64,000 nt of DNA from an uncultured Pseudomonadales bacterium (GCA_964650185.1 CAZYRN010000001.1:46284-110283), one strand, 5' to 3'; shown: positions 29,670 through 40,655, counted from the first letter of the stretch. Notes: generated from the sequence alone by a model not told the origin. A program made the numbers and translations.

Positions 29670-31063
29670 CTTTTACCTCCAATGGCTGCCACTTTTATTT
29701 TCGGCTCACTTAAAAATAGTCTCATTAAGGTCCTGGTAACAACAACACCGGTAAAAAGGCCGATCAACACACCAACTAATAATGTGACACCAAATCCTCT
29801 CACCAAGCCGCTGGTGGCTAAAAATGGAAAGTTAACCGGATTTATCAAAACTAAAGCAGTCATAATCGTGGCTATGTTAGCATCTTTAATTGAGTCCCAG
29901 GCTCTGCCAAAGCCCAGCTTCATGGCTCTTTTCCAGGGTTTGCCCAACCTCAATTCTTCCTTCATTCTTTCAAAAATAAGGATATTGGCATCCACCGCCA
30001 TTCCCACCGACAACAACAGGCCAGCAATCCCCGGCAAAGTGAGGGTAACACCCAGCACTTTGTAAGCAGCGACCGTAATAATTCCATAAATAATTAAAGC
30101 CCAGTCCGCAATTAAGCCTTTCCAGCCATAAAGCAGGATCATGAACAACATAACTAGACCAATGCCGATTAAACCAGCTCTAATGCTCTCAGTGACGGCT
30201 TGCTGACCGATGCTCGCACCCAGTTGGCGCTGTTCCAAAACTTGAATAGGTACGGGCAGAGCTCCGGCATTTAACTGAATAGCCAGCTGCTGAGCCTGCT
30301 CTAAGGTAAAACCGCCTGTCATGACCGCTCGGCCATCTGAAATCGGCGTGTTAATCTGTGGCATAGCCACTGGGTATTCATCAATAAAAATAGCCAAAAC
30401 CTGTCCCACATTAGCTTGAGTAATCTCAGCAAACAGCTCTCGTCCTTCATCATTAAACTCCATCGCAATCACTGGTTCATTGGTTTGCGGATCAAATTGG
30501 ACGGAAGATCGTTTCAGTTGCTTGCCAGTTAACGCTGTTGGTTCGAACTGCTCAAAAAATGTCACTGCTGAGGTAGTGGCTTGCGCAATTACTTCAGGAT
30601 CATTAGTTTGCAGTCTAAAATCAAGTTGAGCTGTTTGACCAACCAGTCTCAAGGCCTGATTAGGATCACTGACACCTGGCAGATCAACTAAAATTCGGTG
30701 GCTCTCTCCAACTTGAGAAGTCGTCACGGAGGGCTCATTAATTCCGTACAAATCAACTCGCCGCAAAATAATTTCCCGAGCACTTTCCAAGGCTGTTTCC
30801 CGATCACTAGATTCAATCTCTGACATATCAGCTTGCAGTACCACCTGCATCCCGCCTTGAATATCCAAGCCTTGCTTTAACTGAAAGTCATAACTAAATT
30901 GTTTGCCAAATAAGTTAAAAGTAGGCGCTGGAACTATGACTTCACGGTCAAGATTGAGGCCAAATTGATTAAACTTCAAGTGAAATTGTCGCGGCAGAGC
31001 AATATAGAGAGAGGCGATCGTCAAGATAATAATAAAAATAAAAATCTGATAGGTTCGATTCAT
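29666..31063 (-). CDS. secD: Protein translocase subunit SecD
   Basis: GLDIQGG, LNAGALPVP, GMAVDANILIFER. Confidence 0.96.
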   Translation of the reverse strand: MNRTYQIFIFIIILTIASLYIALPRQFHLKFNQFGLNLDREVIVPAPTFNLFGKQFSYDFQLKQGLDIQGGMQVVLQADMSEIESSDRETALESAREIILRRVDLYGINEPSVTTSQVGESHRILVDLPGVSDPNQALRLVGQTAQLDFRLQTNDPEVIAQATTSAVTFFEQFEPTALTGKQLKRSSVQFDPQTNEPVIAMEFNDEGRELFAEITQANVGQVLAIFIDEYPVAMPQINTPISDGRAVMTGGFTLEQAQQLAIQLNAGALPVPIQVLEQRQLGASIGQQAVTESIRAGLIGIGLVMLFMILLYGWKGLIADWALIIYGIITVAAYKVLGVTLTLPGIAGLLLSVGMAVDANILIFERMKEELRLGKPWKRAMKLGFGRAWDSIKDANIATIMTALVLINPVNFPFLATSGLVRGFGVTLLVGVLIGLFTGVVVTRTLMRLFLSEPKIKVAAIGGKR

Positions 31064-31099
31064 ATTGACTCTCTATTTTGGCAGGATGGAGCAGAAATT

Positions 31100-31699
31100 T
31101 TAGAGATTAGGCTGTTGGCGCTCAACAAACTCGTCTTCACCGCCAATTACCATAATCCGGCTGTTGTATAACACGTCCATAATAAATGGATCTCGCCGGG
31201 CTTTTCTAAAATTATACTCTTCAACATCAAAGACAGTGACTCTAATCTCTCGATCTAAAGCCTCTTCTTCCTCTTTAATAAGTGCTTCTAGTTCACTCAA
31301 CACCACATCGCCAACTACCAAAATATCTACCTCATCTTGTCTCACCGGCTTGCGCCGAATAAATCTGCCGGAAAACATGACAAACTCCAGTGTTCCCAGT
31401 TTGCGACGGAACTTGCGAATTTTTAATCCCAACCCAGTGCTTTTGACAATCATCTGCTGCAACTCTTGATAGTAAAGATAACGGTCATTGAGAAAATAAT
31501 AGAGCCGATTACCGCGCTGCTCACTTTTCAGCAAGCCATAGTCAAGCATTTTATCTAATTCTCGGCGAACAGCGTTAATCTCTTCTTTGATTTCTCGAGT
31601 GATCTGTCTGACGTAATACATCTCTTCAGGATTGGTAAAAAAGAGTTCCATCATCTTTACCCTAACCCGAGAGATCATAAAGTCTTGTAATGAAGTCAT
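31100..31699 (-). CDS. Winged-helix plus minimal nucleotidyltransferase-like fusion protein
   Basis: YYVRQITREIKEEINAVRREL (wHTH); FSGRF...DEVDILVVG (MNT-like). Start set at MTSLQDF. Confidence 0.75.
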   Translation of the reverse strand: MTSLQDFMISRVRVKMMELFFTNPEEMYYVRQITREIKEEINAVRRELDKMLDYGLLKSEQRGNRLYYFLNDRYLYYQELQQMIVKSTGLGLKIRKFRRKLGTLEFVMFSGRFIRRKPVRQDEVDILVVGDVVLSELEALIKEEEEALDREIRVTVFDVEEYNFRKARRDPFIMDVLYNSRIMVIGGEDEFVERQQPNL

Positions 31700-31774
31700 A
31701 CTGTACTCAAATTGTAAGTTACTACCGGCTGATATGCAAGGCGTACCAGACACTTGTCTAGCTGACAACCTAGG

Positions 31775-32962
31775 CTAATATTCAACAGTAGTCACATTAT
31801 TTACCACAGAAATCCAGGTTAAGCCTCGAGCCATGGGAATGTTGGTGCCTCGGCTATCGACGAATTGAATGGGGCTGGTGCGAGTTTTCTTACTCCAAGT
31901 TGCTTCTATCACTTCACCATTTTTGAAGATGAGAGCATCACCAGTACCAATGGTTTCATAGAGCATATGCTTCACTTCATTAATGGGACCTTTTTCAACA
32001 GTTTTTAAGACTACGACATTTTTAGCCATGATTTGTTTTTCCGAATTTTGATCAATGTGAGGCTCTCCAGCCATCTGGCGCAGATAACTGTTTGTTTCCG
32101 GGTCATACTCCCAAGAAACAGCATAGTCATTGTAACCACTCCAAAAGTCATAAGAGATGCTAGTGACGCTGCCGTCAGGCTGATCACCGTTTTCAAATGT
32201 CCAAGGAGTGAAACCGTCTTGCCACGCATCCCCGCCTACCATGTTAAAGCCGACTTTTCTCTCTGGTGAGACATTGGTCCAGCCTCTTTCCTCGCCAACT
32301 TCCCACAGTTTTTCAGTACTGGTCACCATGGTATGCTCAGTCGCGATAGTTTTGCCAGGGACTCGATTGTAATCACGCACAAAAGTTGGGTAACCAATGG
32401 AGAACTGGTTTAAGTCATTTTCACCTGCCCAGCCATAAGTATTGATTTGTCCTAAAGCATCTGATGGTCCTGGGACATTGGCACCGCCGACATGAGCATA
32501 CAGAGGCTGGTTAAAACCTGAGGCCCAGTCAACAAAATAGGTACGAGCAGATCTGATTGGAGCGAGAGTGGTATCAATTTTTTGCACATCGCAGTAGAAC
32601 ATCCCCATAAATCTAGTCACACCACCTTCAGCTACTGCTTCAAAAACGACATCTGCATCACCCAAGCCGGCTTGTGGTCGAGCTTCTGGATGATTTTCAA
32701 TCATCACAGCTAACGGCCGTCTTTTCTCCCAAGCTTCTCTTTCCACAGCGGTATAAAACTGTCCATTTAGCGGACACTCTTGATCTCTTGGTGCATTAGG
32801 ATCAATATCCAGCAAAGCACCAAGCAAAGTCTCTTCCTCAGTTTCACTGTTATCAATATTAGCTGTACCTTGCTGATCGCCTAAATAAGAAAAGGCACCA
32901 AATGATACCGCTGCTGAGACAATGTATAAGACTAATGCTAGTAGAAGATTTTTTCGTTTCAT
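31775..32962 (-). CDS. DUF3048 (YerB-like) secreted protein
   Basis: RPLAVMIEN, ARPQAGL, EGGVTRF, PIRSAR, HVGG. Confidence 0.88.
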   Translation of the reverse strand: MKRKNLLLALVLYIVSAAVSFGAFSYLGDQQGTANIDNSETEEETLLGALLDIDPNAPRDQECPLNGQFYTAVEREAWEKRRPLAVMIENHPEARPQAGLGDADVVFEAVAEGGVTRFMGMFYCDVQKIDTTLAPIRSARTYFVDWASGFNQPLYAHVGGANVPGPSDALGQINTYGWAGENDLNQFSIGYPTFVRDYNRVPGKTIATEHTMVTSTEKLWEVGEERGWTNVSPERKVGFNMVGGDAWQDGFTPWTFENGDQPDGSVTSISYDFWSGYNDYAVSWEYDPETNSYLRQMAGEPHIDQNSEKQIMAKNVVVLKTVEKGPINEVKHMLYETIGTGDALIFKNGEVIEATWSKKTRTSPIQFVDSRGTNIPMARGLTWISVVNNVTTVEY

Positions 32963-32999
32963 AATTAGGCCGCTCCTTTTGGCAATAGTAACAGTTTTA

Positions 33000-33281
33000 T
33001 CAGAGCTGAAAGTATAACGCAATTAGTATTCCAAAAACTACTAGAGATGCAACTATGGTCCGCCATAAATCACGCTTGATCTGTCTTGGTTCTTGAGACA
33101 ATAAGCCTATTACTGGACTTTCTTTGATAGCGTCTCGACTATTTGCAGCTGCTTTAATACTTTTTGGGGCTGATTTTTTCGAGCTGGAACTTTTTTTCTG
33201 TGGAGATAAGCTGTAACTAGTTTCCTCAAGTCTTCTCAATTGAGCAGCTAGTTTTTCTTCTTTAGTTCTTCTAATTCCCAT
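33000..33281 (-). CDS. Hypothetical basic protein with C-terminal TM helix
   Basis: 93-aa ORF; IKRDLWRT followed by a TM helix. Confidence 0.65.
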   Translation of the reverse strand: MGIRRTKEEKLAAQLRRLEETSYSLSPQKKSSSSKKSAPKSIKAAANSRDAIKESPVIGLLSQEPRQIKRDLWRTIVASLVVFGILIALYFQL

Positions 33282-33311
33282 ATTGTTCCTTATTCATAAA
33301 CATGTGAGTTT

Positions 33312-34412
33312 TTAGCCAAAAAAGACGCTAATAATATCTTTAATCGAGATAATCACAATAAAAGCCAAGATAAAAATATAACCAAAGTAGTTGCCATATT
33401 CTTCAACTTTCTCTAACTTTTGTTTACCAAAAATCTTTTTCAGCGTAATAAAGAGCGCCCGGCCGCCATCTAAGGCAGGGATGGGCATAATATTAATTAT
33501 AGCTAAATTAACGGATAACATACCGGCAAAAGCCAGCACAGACAGTGCCCCTTCCGCCACAATGCCGCTATCACTTGCTTGAGCGACAATTCTGATCGGA
33601 CCAGCTACTGTGTCTGGGACGCTACCTTTAAAAAGAATATCCCCAACCATTTGACCTAAACTAACTACTATCAGCTTACCTAACCAAATAGCTTGAACTA
33701 AACCAAACCAGATGGCTCTAAAAGGCTTTTCATACCAGGGATATTCGAGATAAATAGCAGATTCAAAACTCACTCCTAGTGCACCCTCATTAGCCGGCGT
33801 CTCCTCTGCTGTTCTTATATAAACTTCATATTTTTGCTCAGTGGGGTCACATTGATCAACCGAGTCCGGCTGACATTCTCCAGACGTAATTAAGGTAATT
33901 TCTTCACCTCGGTATTGACCAATCTCAGCGATAGCTTCATCAGTGGTATAAATTTTGATGGTTTCTTCAGCCGTTTCAATGCCCGTAATGGCCACATTAG
34001 TGGGTATTCCTGCTGCAGCGGCCGGAGAATTAGGCGCCACTGTCGAAATGCGTGGCTGGTCAATTGGTGTCGGCACACCCGAGATGGTGAAAACCAGCGC
34101 AAATGCTAAAATACCAAACACAAAGTTTACGGTCGCACCCGCCAGAATCACAATTAACTGTTGGTAGGAAGGCCGTTGATAAAATTCGCCTGTGACATTA
34201 TCTTCACCCTTAATTTTGACAAAGCCGCCAAAGGGAATCCAGTTCAATGAGAAGAGGGTTTCTTTCCACTTAAAAAGCTTAAGTGCTCGTGGAGGATAAC
34301 CCACTCCAAACTCCTCAACCTTCATCTTAGCCCAGCGGGCAGTAAAAAAATGACCCAGCTCATGAATAATGACCAAAAAAGATAGCACAAGGATAAAAAT
34401 AAGTGCAGCCAT
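33312..34412 (-). CDS. rseP: RIP metalloprotease RseP (M50) with PDZ-like domain
   Basis: HELGH, IPFGGFV, NIMPIPALDGG. Confidence 0.93.
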   Translation of the reverse strand: MAALIFILVLSFLVIIHELGHFFTARWAKMKVEEFGVGYPPRALKLFKWKETLFSLNWIPFGGFVKIKGEDNVTGEFYQRPSYQQLIVILAGATVNFVFGILAFALVFTISGVPTPIDQPRISTVAPNSPAAAAGIPTNVAITGIETAEETIKIYTTDEAIAEIGQYRGEEITLITSGECQPDSVDQCDPTEQKYEVYIRTAEETPANEGALGVSFESAIYLEYPWYEKPFRAIWFGLVQAIWLGKLIVVSLGQMVGDILFKGSVPDTVAGPIRIVAQASDSGIVAEGALSVLAFAGMLSVNLAIINIMPIPALDGGRALFITLKKIFGKQKLEKVEEYGNYFGYIFILAFIVIISIKDIISVFFG

Positions 34413-34417
34413 AATAG

Positions 34418-34972
34418 TTATACCGCCAGCAACTCTTGCTCTTTCTTAGCTTCGATCGCTTCCAACTGCTCGATGTATTCCTGAGTCAGAGTATTTAGTT
34501 TTTCTAAATCACGGCGAATATCATCTTCACTGATATTTGACTCGCCCTCTTGATCTTCGATTTTCTGCTTAATATCAGAACGGATGTTGCGCAGCATCAC
34601 TTTGCCGCCCTCAATCTTTTTCTGGAGCAGCTTCACCATCTCTAAACGTCTTTCCTCTGTTAACTGCGGAATGGCGATGCGGATAATATCGTTATCTACC
34701 ACCGGACTTAAATTCAAGCCAGAGCTGGCGATAGCCTTCTCGATACTTTCAATCACTGACCGGTCCCAAGGTTTAATGATAATTAAATTTGGGTCGGGGG
34801 TAGAGATATTGGCCAACTCATTCACCTTCATTTCACTTCCATAAGCTATCACTTTGACTGGATCCAGCAGTTGGGCGGAGGCTTTGCCGGTTCTTAAAGT
34901 CGCAATATCTTGATTAACGTGATCAAGTGTGGCTTGTGACTTTTGGTTGAATAGCGAAAAATCATATGTCAT
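34418..34972 (-). CDS. frr: Ribosome recycling factor
   Basis: LRTGKAS, IKPWD, PQLTEERR, RNIR. Confidence 0.96.
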   Translation of the reverse strand: MTYDFSLFNQKSQATLDHVNQDIATLRTGKASAQLLDPVKVIAYGSEMKVNELANISTPDPNLIIIKPWDRSVIESIEKAIASSGLNLSPVVDNDIIRIAIPQLTEERRLEMVKLLQKKIEGGKVMLRNIRSDIKQKIEDQEGESNISEDDIRRDLEKLNTLTQEYIEQLEAIEAKKEQELLAV

Positions 34973-35011
34973 ATATCTTGATTATAAACGATTTTGTATA
35001 CTAATTGGAGT

Positions 35012-35884
35012 ATGCAGCCATTTTTATACATTTACACTTTACATCGATCGCTGACATCCGGCGCCTCCTATCTGGGTGTTGTTAAAAATAAACTTTGGTT
35101 TAGTATCAGGTATTTCCTGATTAGTTTATCAATCTTAGGCATTATCTCAGGGGTATTCTTTGTTGACCGTGTCTGGCTACCCCTGAAAACCACGGCACAG
35201 GTGGAGTTGCTGAACTTAGCCCATTATTATCCGAGTGACATAATTGTTTCCTGGAACAATCAAACATTGCTTATTAATTCTGAAGCACCTATCCAGGTGC
35301 CATATCCCAAAAGCATGCCGCTGCAGGATTTAATACCTCATCATTTATTGACAATAACTGAGCCTGGTCGCTCAGCAGCCGACTTTGTTACTGAGTCAGG
35401 TAATAGTTCATTTCTAGTAGCCGACAGTCAGCACTTGTTCATCAATAATTTAAATGGACGCTGGCGACAGCTGCCATTAACTGAGATTTTATCTGAGCCA
35501 TTTACACTGACTGCTGATAACATCGACCAGCAGATTGGACAGCTCAATCAGCAGCTTAGTTGGTTTTTTAACGGATTTAGCTTGATAATCATCATTATTT
35601 ACCCAATTTATTTAATCAGCACTGTTTTTTGGCAAACTGTTATAGAGTCTATTTTGCTATATTTTGTTCTTAAAATAAACCATACTGCTCAAGAATACCT
35701 ACCTACTTTTAAAATCGCCCTACATATTGCTGTCACTGCCGCAATACTTCACGAAGTCACAGGTTATCTCTATCCCAACCATGGCTACCCAATTTTTAAT
35801 TTGACTTTCTGGTCGATAATGATCTTTATGCTCTGGTCACTGAATTATGCCCTTAAGACCGGCATGCTAGACGAGCGTGAGTAA
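35012..35884 (+). CDS. Membrane protein, DUF1189-like
   Basis: N-terminal TM, extracytoplasmic domain, three C-terminal TMs; start moved to ATG 35012. Confidence 0.55.
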   Translation: MQPFLYIYTLHRSLTSGASYLGVVKNKLWFSIRYFLISLSILGIISGVFFVDRVWLPLKTTAQVELLNLAHYYPSDIIVSWNNQTLLINSEAPIQVPYPKSMPLQDLIPHHLLTITEPGRSAADFVTESGNSSFLVADSQHLFINNLNGRWRQLPLTEILSEPFTLTADNIDQQIGQLNQQLSWFFNGFSLIIIIIYPIYLISTVFWQTVIESILLYFVLKINHTAQEYLPTFKIALHIAVTAAILHEVTGYLYPNHGYPIFNLTFWSIMIFMLWSLNYALKTGMLDERE

Positions 35885-36289
35885 CAAACCTACTAAACCT
35901 AAAATAACCCAACAAGTATTGAGCAGCTGATATAAAATCGCCCCTTCATCTGCTCCCAGCCAACTAATATTTCTAAATAAAGGAGGTTCATATTCTTTCT
36001 GTGAAACTTGGTGCGTAATCCAATAAACTACCTCATATCCGCTTCTTATCACCAAAAAGATTAGTAAATGTCTCAAGATATTTAGCGGAGAAATAAAGTT
36101 AAATGCCACCGCAGAAACAAACCAAAAGGGAGCTAAGATCACCCCGTCTCCCCAAACAAAGATTCCCAGCCAGCTTAATCCAGGAGTATCGGTATAAAAC
36201 TGGTTTGATTTGGCAAATCTAAGTGAGAAATAAAAGATGATTAGAGCAAAAAGAGCGAGAAAAATTGATAATATATTTATGAGTGACAT
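35867..36289 (-). CDS. Hypothetical membrane protein
   Basis: Four hydrophobic segments; GIFVWGD and RSGYEVVYW motifs. Confidence 0.7.
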   Translation of the reverse strand: MSLINILSIFLALFALIIFYFSLRFAKSNQFYTDTPGLSWLGIFVWGDGVILAPFWFVSAVAFNFISPLNILRHLLIFLVIRSGYEVVYWITHQVSQKEYEPPLFRNISWLGADEGAILYQLLNTCWVILGLVGLLLTLV

Positions 36290-36300
36290 TAAAGGTTGGT

Positions 36301-36687
36301 TTACTCTTCAATTGTTAACTGCTCATCAATCGCCGGAAATGGATATAAATCTTGAGCGGGATCAGCTCCTTTTAACTCAAGTTCTAATTCCTGGAGTCGT
36401 CTTCCCAGCTCCGTTGAGTCTAGCTGGGGAGATGGTGATGCCTGAGTTTCATCTTCAGGATTAATGATAGCGGGCAGATTGCGGTTTTTTGACGCCAACC
36501 AAATAACGCCAGATAAAATTAAAACAAAAGCTATTCCTGCTAAAATGAGTAATTTAGCATTAGCCTTTAGCTTACCCTTCAGACTGGCTGCTACGGCCGC
36601 TTCATCGAGATAACTTGAACTAACCGGTTGAAAGAGCGGCTCTTCGTTGGCAAATCTGGTTTGGTCGTCAATGTATTCTGATTTCAT
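36301..36687 (-). CDS. Hypothetical single-TM protein
   Basis: 128 aa, central TM, coupled by a 4-nt overlap to the upstream gene. Confidence 0.7.
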   Translation of the reverse strand: MKSEYIDDQTRFANEEPLFQPVSSSYLDEAAVAASLKGKLKANAKLLILAGIAFVLILSGVIWLASKNRNLPAIINPEDETQASPSPQLDSTELGRRLQELELELKGADPAQDLYPFPAIDEQLTIEE

Positions 36688-37529
36688 AGTGAAATTATTT
36701 CCGCTAAAAATGATCTGACTCTAGTTAGATTTGAATAGATTTCTGCCAAGTTGTCTTGAATCCGCCGATGAACCCCTCGGTAACCCTGATAGGTTGGGTC
36801 GTCAAAAGAACTTTCCACATCATCAAAAGCTAGCTCTACATTTGCCAAGTGCTGATCGACCTCATTAAAGGCTCGTTCGCGCTGAGATGCTTTTAAAGCT
36901 CCGCCCGCTGTCGCTAGCTCGCTGCGCATATCTTCACTCAGCACCTTTGTTTTGTCATAAATTGTCTGCAGCCGGCCGATCTCAATTAAAGATAAACCCT
37001 GATAAGCACTGTCCTCCAAAGTGGTATACATTGGTGTAAATTCAGCTGCCAAAGTAATGATTTGATCCTTGCTCAGTTCCGGTTCAAGCTTGGCTTGATG
37101 TGCCTCAAGCTGCTCTTGCAACTCATTTAAGTTATCTAAGCTGATCTCTTTATATTCGACATGAATACCTGGCTGATCATTTAAAGTCACTTTAATTAAC
37201 TGAAGATATGTCCAAAGCACCTTGCCTCGAGCTTGCATCGCCAGCTGAGTAGTTCTCACCGCATTTTCTAAGGCGTTGAGCGTCTGTAGCTGTTCGTACT
37301 GAGTTTGAGCTACTTGATACTGTTTTTCCGCCTGCTGATACTCTTCAATTTCTGAGCGGTAGCGAGTTTTTAGTTGTCTTATCTCATCAGCCGCTGTTTG
37401 TGAGTTATAAATCAGCTCAGATTGCGCCTGTACGGGTTGCGGAGTTGAAAAATGAATCCAGCCACTAACAGCCACTGTTAAGAGACAAAAACTAAAGAAG
37501 GCAGTGGCTTGGCTTAGATTATTTTTCAT
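36684..37529 (-). CDS. Secreted coiled-coil protein
   Basis: Signal peptide ending VQA; Q/E-rich helical body. Confidence 0.7.
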   Translation of the reverse strand: MKNNLSQATAFFSFCLLTVAVSGWIHFSTPQPVQAQSELIYNSQTAADEIRQLKTRYRSEIEEYQQAEKQYQVAQTQYEQLQTLNALENAVRTTQLAMQARGKVLWTYLQLIKVTLNDQPGIHVEYKEISLDNLNELQEQLEAHQAKLEPELSKDQIITLAAEFTPMYTTLEDSAYQGLSLIEIGRLQTIYDKTKVLSEDMRSELATAGGALKASQRERAFNEVDQHLANVELAFDDVESSFDDPTYQGYRGVHRRIQDNLAEIYSNLTRVRSFLAEIISL

Positions 37530-37532
37530 TTA

Positions 37533-38249
37533 TTAAATATTTAACTCTCGATTACGGGCGAAAACAGTCGCTTCATACCATGATTCAAATGTCCCCGTAT
37601 CAAACCACTTTCCTTCAACAAAGGCCACATCCAGCTGTCCCTCTGCTAAATATAGGTTGTTTATGTCGGTAATCTCTAATTCTCCTCGATCTGATGGAGT
37701 GAGATTGCGAGCCTTCTCAACCACCGTGTTGTCATAAATATACAGGCCAGTCACTGCATAATCAGATTTGGGCTGTAATGGTTTCTCTTCAATCGAAAGA
37801 GCGCGCTGCTGGTCATCAAACTCTACCACGCCAAATCTTTCAGGATCTTCAACTTTTTTAGCAAAAACCCGGCCGCCTGATTTAAAACTTTGAATAGCTG
37901 GTGCAAAATCATCTTCAAACAGGTTATCGCCTAAAATCATCGTCACTGCATCATCACCAATAAAATCATCACCAATGAGAAATGCCTGAGCTAAACCTTT
38001 TGGCTCATCTTGAATTTCGTAGGTAAAATCACAACCAAACTCTTTACCGCTGCCTAATAGCTTCAGAAAATCACCCGCATGGTCTGGAGCAACAATAATT
38101 AAAATATCTTCAATGCCAGCTTTTATTAATGTTTCCAGCGGAAAATAAATCATCGGCTTGTTGTAAATTGGCAGCAGCTGCTTACTAGTCACTCTAGTTA
38201 AGGGCTTGAGTCGTGATCCTGAGCCGCCTGCTAAAATAATGCCTTTCAT
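37533..38249 (-). CDS. rfbA: Glucose-1-phosphate thymidylyltransferase, short form
   Basis: [47 protein letters not shown]. Confidence 0.92.
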   Translation of the reverse strand: MKGIILAGGSGSRLKPLTRVTSKQLLPIYNKPMIYFPLETLIKAGIEDILIIVAPDHAGDFLKLLGSGKEFGCDFTYEIQDEPKGLAQAFLIGDDFIGDDAVTMILGDNLFEDDFAPAIQSFKSGGRVFAKKVEDPERFGVVEFDDQQRALSIEEKPLQPKSDYAVTGLYIYDNTVVEKARNLTPSDRGELEITDINNLYLAEGQLDVAFVEGKWFDTGTFESWYEATVFARNRELNI

Positions 38250-38300
38250 ATGTTCCTTCCGGGCAAGCTAATAAATTTACTTAATTAAATGGCTGAACTT

Positions 38301-38558
38301 TTAGAGAGTAACGAGTACTAAAAGTACTCCTGCTAGTATACCAACTCCTAAATATTCCAGCACCACCTTTCGTGAAATTTGCTTGATGTTCACATGAAAG
38401 ATTATACCCCAGAGTATGTAAAACATAGCTATCGCTACCGAGATTAGCCGCTGCGAAGCTCGATCAGGCCAGGCTGCTAAAAATGCTAAAACACCTAGCA
38501 AGAGTACGACTACTAAGATTGAATATGACAGCTTATGTTTAGAAAATTCTCTCAGCAT
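38301..38558 (-). CDS. Small 3-TM membrane protein
   Basis: 85 aa; YILWGIIFH...VVLEY. Confidence 0.7.
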   Translation of the reverse strand: MLREFSKHKLSYSILVVVLLLGVLAFLAAWPDRASQRLISVAIAMFYILWGIIFHVNIKQISRKVVLEYLGVGILAGVLLVLVTL

Positions 38559-38560
38559 AT

Positions 38561-39628
38561 TTAGCCTACAATTCCACCTTTAAAGAATACTACTAAAAAG
38601 GCCACTGTTAAAAATAAGATAATGTGCGCTAAGTTTCGACCCACCAGCCGAGTTGACTGGCGATTGCCAATGACAAATGTATCGTAGATTAAGGTCAAAA
38701 TGATCAACATGATGACGGCTAAAAAGAAGGCTTTAGTCAACTGAAGCGGGGTAAAGAGTGGTGGTGTTTCAATCTCACCAATAGGAACCAGCATGCTAGC
38801 TAAAACTCCCTGGGTCAGGACATTACTGATCGATGCGACCAGCTCTTCATCCGTCGCAGCTGTCTCTTCTCCACCCGCTGTTGCCTCAGGTTCATCATCA
38901 CCATTGGTTTCTAAAACTGCTAAGTCCTGAGCACCCGGTTTATCATCTATTAGCTGGTCAATTTCGGTAATAGTATTTACTGGTTCAGTCGCTTGAACAG
39001 CTCTGACTGCTGGCACCTCTGGCACGGTAGCCTGCCTGCCTTCTGGAGCACCAAACATCTGAACAACTAGTGTTGTCTCATACCCCTCCAAAACCCCATC
39101 AATCACAGCAATTCCAATTTCTGAATATTGCGGATTAACAATATTAGCCCGATGTGTCGGCGAGGCCATCCAAGCAGTCATCATGGCCGGAGTTTCGGAA
39201 AAATCTCTCGCCAAATTCTCACCAGCTACACGGTAAGAGTAACCAGCTTGTCTCATGAAGACCCAGGGTTCAGTTCCATCAGGTGCGGTGTGTGCCCAAT
39301 ACTGATCATTGAACATGTCCTGACCCTTTGCAATAGCTGCCGCTGTTAAGGCTTGATTAAGTGCTAACGGCGGTAATCCCATTTTAGATCTTTGATCATT
39401 GGTCGCCGCAATTACTTCCTTAGGTGTAATAGAGGAAGCAAAACCAAGAATTTTTTTTGATGGTCCAGATAGCCCAATAAACAAGTGAAGCAGGGCAACA
39501 AATCCGCCGGCTACTAACACTAATAGAAAAATAGACTCAGGATGAATTAACCGCGCCCGATGGTTATTAGATCGGCGGGGATGAAAGAGATGGGCAAAAA
39601 TATCTTGAAAGGTTCTCACGAACTCCAT
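38561..39628 (-). CDS. CAP (SCP) domain membrane protein
   Basis: TNDQR, YWAH, AGENLA, WMASPTHRANI, VVQMFG. Confidence 0.9.
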   Translation of the reverse strand: MEFVRTFQDIFAHLFHPRRSNNHRARLIHPESIFLLVLVAGGFVALLHLFIGLSGPSKKILGFASSITPKEVIAATNDQRSKMGLPPLALNQALTAAAIAKGQDMFNDQYWAHTAPDGTEPWVFMRQAGYSYRVAGENLARDFSETPAMMTAWMASPTHRANIVNPQYSEIGIAVIDGVLEGYETTLVVQMFGAPEGRQATVPEVPAVRAVQATEPVNTITEIDQLIDDKPGAQDLAVLETNGDDEPEATAGGEETAATDEELVASISNVLTQGVLASMLVPIGEIETPPLFTPLQLTKAFFLAVIMLIILTLIYDTFVIGNRQSTRLVGRNLAHIILFLTVAFLVVFFKGGIVG

Positions 39629-39677
39629 TATGCAGTAATAATTCCCCTAAACTCAAGAGGATTATTTTTCAGCTAGC

Positions 39678-40655
39678 TTAAGGGCAGGTTAAGAGCCAGG
39701 CTTGAAGTGATATTGATATATTTTGGTCGAGATTGAAGGCGAGTAAAGCTGATTCTTGCTCAGGGAGTGTGGTTAACCATAAGTCTTGAAAAACAATTTG
39801 GTTTAAATTTCCATCTGCCTGAGTAACTTCATACAGCTGCGGCCGATCTTGAATTGATGAGGTAAAAACTGGTTGATGCCATGTTAAAGTTGAGTAAATG
39901 CCGTCATGAGTCAGATCAACAGTTATAGGAATTTTTTTAAACTTGATCTGATTAGCAGGACAATTATTAACTAAAACAGCTGTGTTTTTAGTCACTAGCT
40001 GCAGATTTTTTAACTCTACTCTGGTGGGGGATTGGTCATCAATGGTGTCACCGCTCCAAAAGATAAGATTTAATTTTGATTCTTGGTTATGAGCAGCCAA
40101 TTCAGCGATTTTTTCTTCATAGACTGATAAATCCAGCACCACATTCTTCCAGCCGGTTTGAAATTGACCATCTTCCCTTTTTTGTTTAGCCTCAGCAGCA
40201 GCTACATGAAAGATAGGCTGTGAGGATAACTTAACTTCAAAACCTGGCTGATCAAAACCGGGTAAATATTCTGTTGTGATCAAGTTATAGTCGAATGTCA
40301 GTAGCCAGTTGAGCTCTGCTACTTCGTACTGTTTAGTTTGATTTTGTAAATCGAGCAACTCATTTTCTAAAACTAGCTTATCTCGACTAGTCTCACTGGA
40401 GGTTTGAGAAATTTTTGTTTTCTCATCTGCAGGTGGCTGGCTAACTAATGGCAGCTCATTTTCATCCTCAAGTTCAATTTGGGGGTTTTTCTGCTGTTGT
40501 TGGTTTGTATCCATCCCCTTAACTGCTGGTTCCAGCGCGAGCTGTTTTAACTGGCTTTCTGTCTTGCTAAAACCTAACTGAAAAGAATCATCTGGCAAAC
40601 TTAACAGTCCGATTACCAGCCAGCTCCAGATGACTAGCCAGCTAGTTTTTCTCAT
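39678..40655 (-). CDS. Hypothetical secreted protein, third gene of the TasA/SipW-like operon
   Basis: N-terminal hydrophobic segment; ATGA overlap with the signal peptidase gene. Confidence 0.6.
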   Translation of the reverse strand: MRKTSWLVIWSWLVIGLLSLPDDSFQLGFSKTESQLKQLALEPAVKGMDTNQQQQKNPQIELEDENELPLVSQPPADEKTKISQTSSETSRDKLVLENELLDLQNQTKQYEVAELNWLLTFDYNLITTEYLPGFDQPGFEVKLSSQPIFHVAAAEAKQKREDGQFQTGWKNVVLDLSVYEEKIAELAAHNQESKLNLIFWSGDTIDDQSPTRVELKNLQLVTKNTAVLVNNCPANQIKFKKIPITVDLTHDGIYSTLTWHQPVFTSSIQDRPQLYEVTQADGNLNQIVFQDLWLTTLPEQESALLAFNLDQNISISLQAWLLTCP

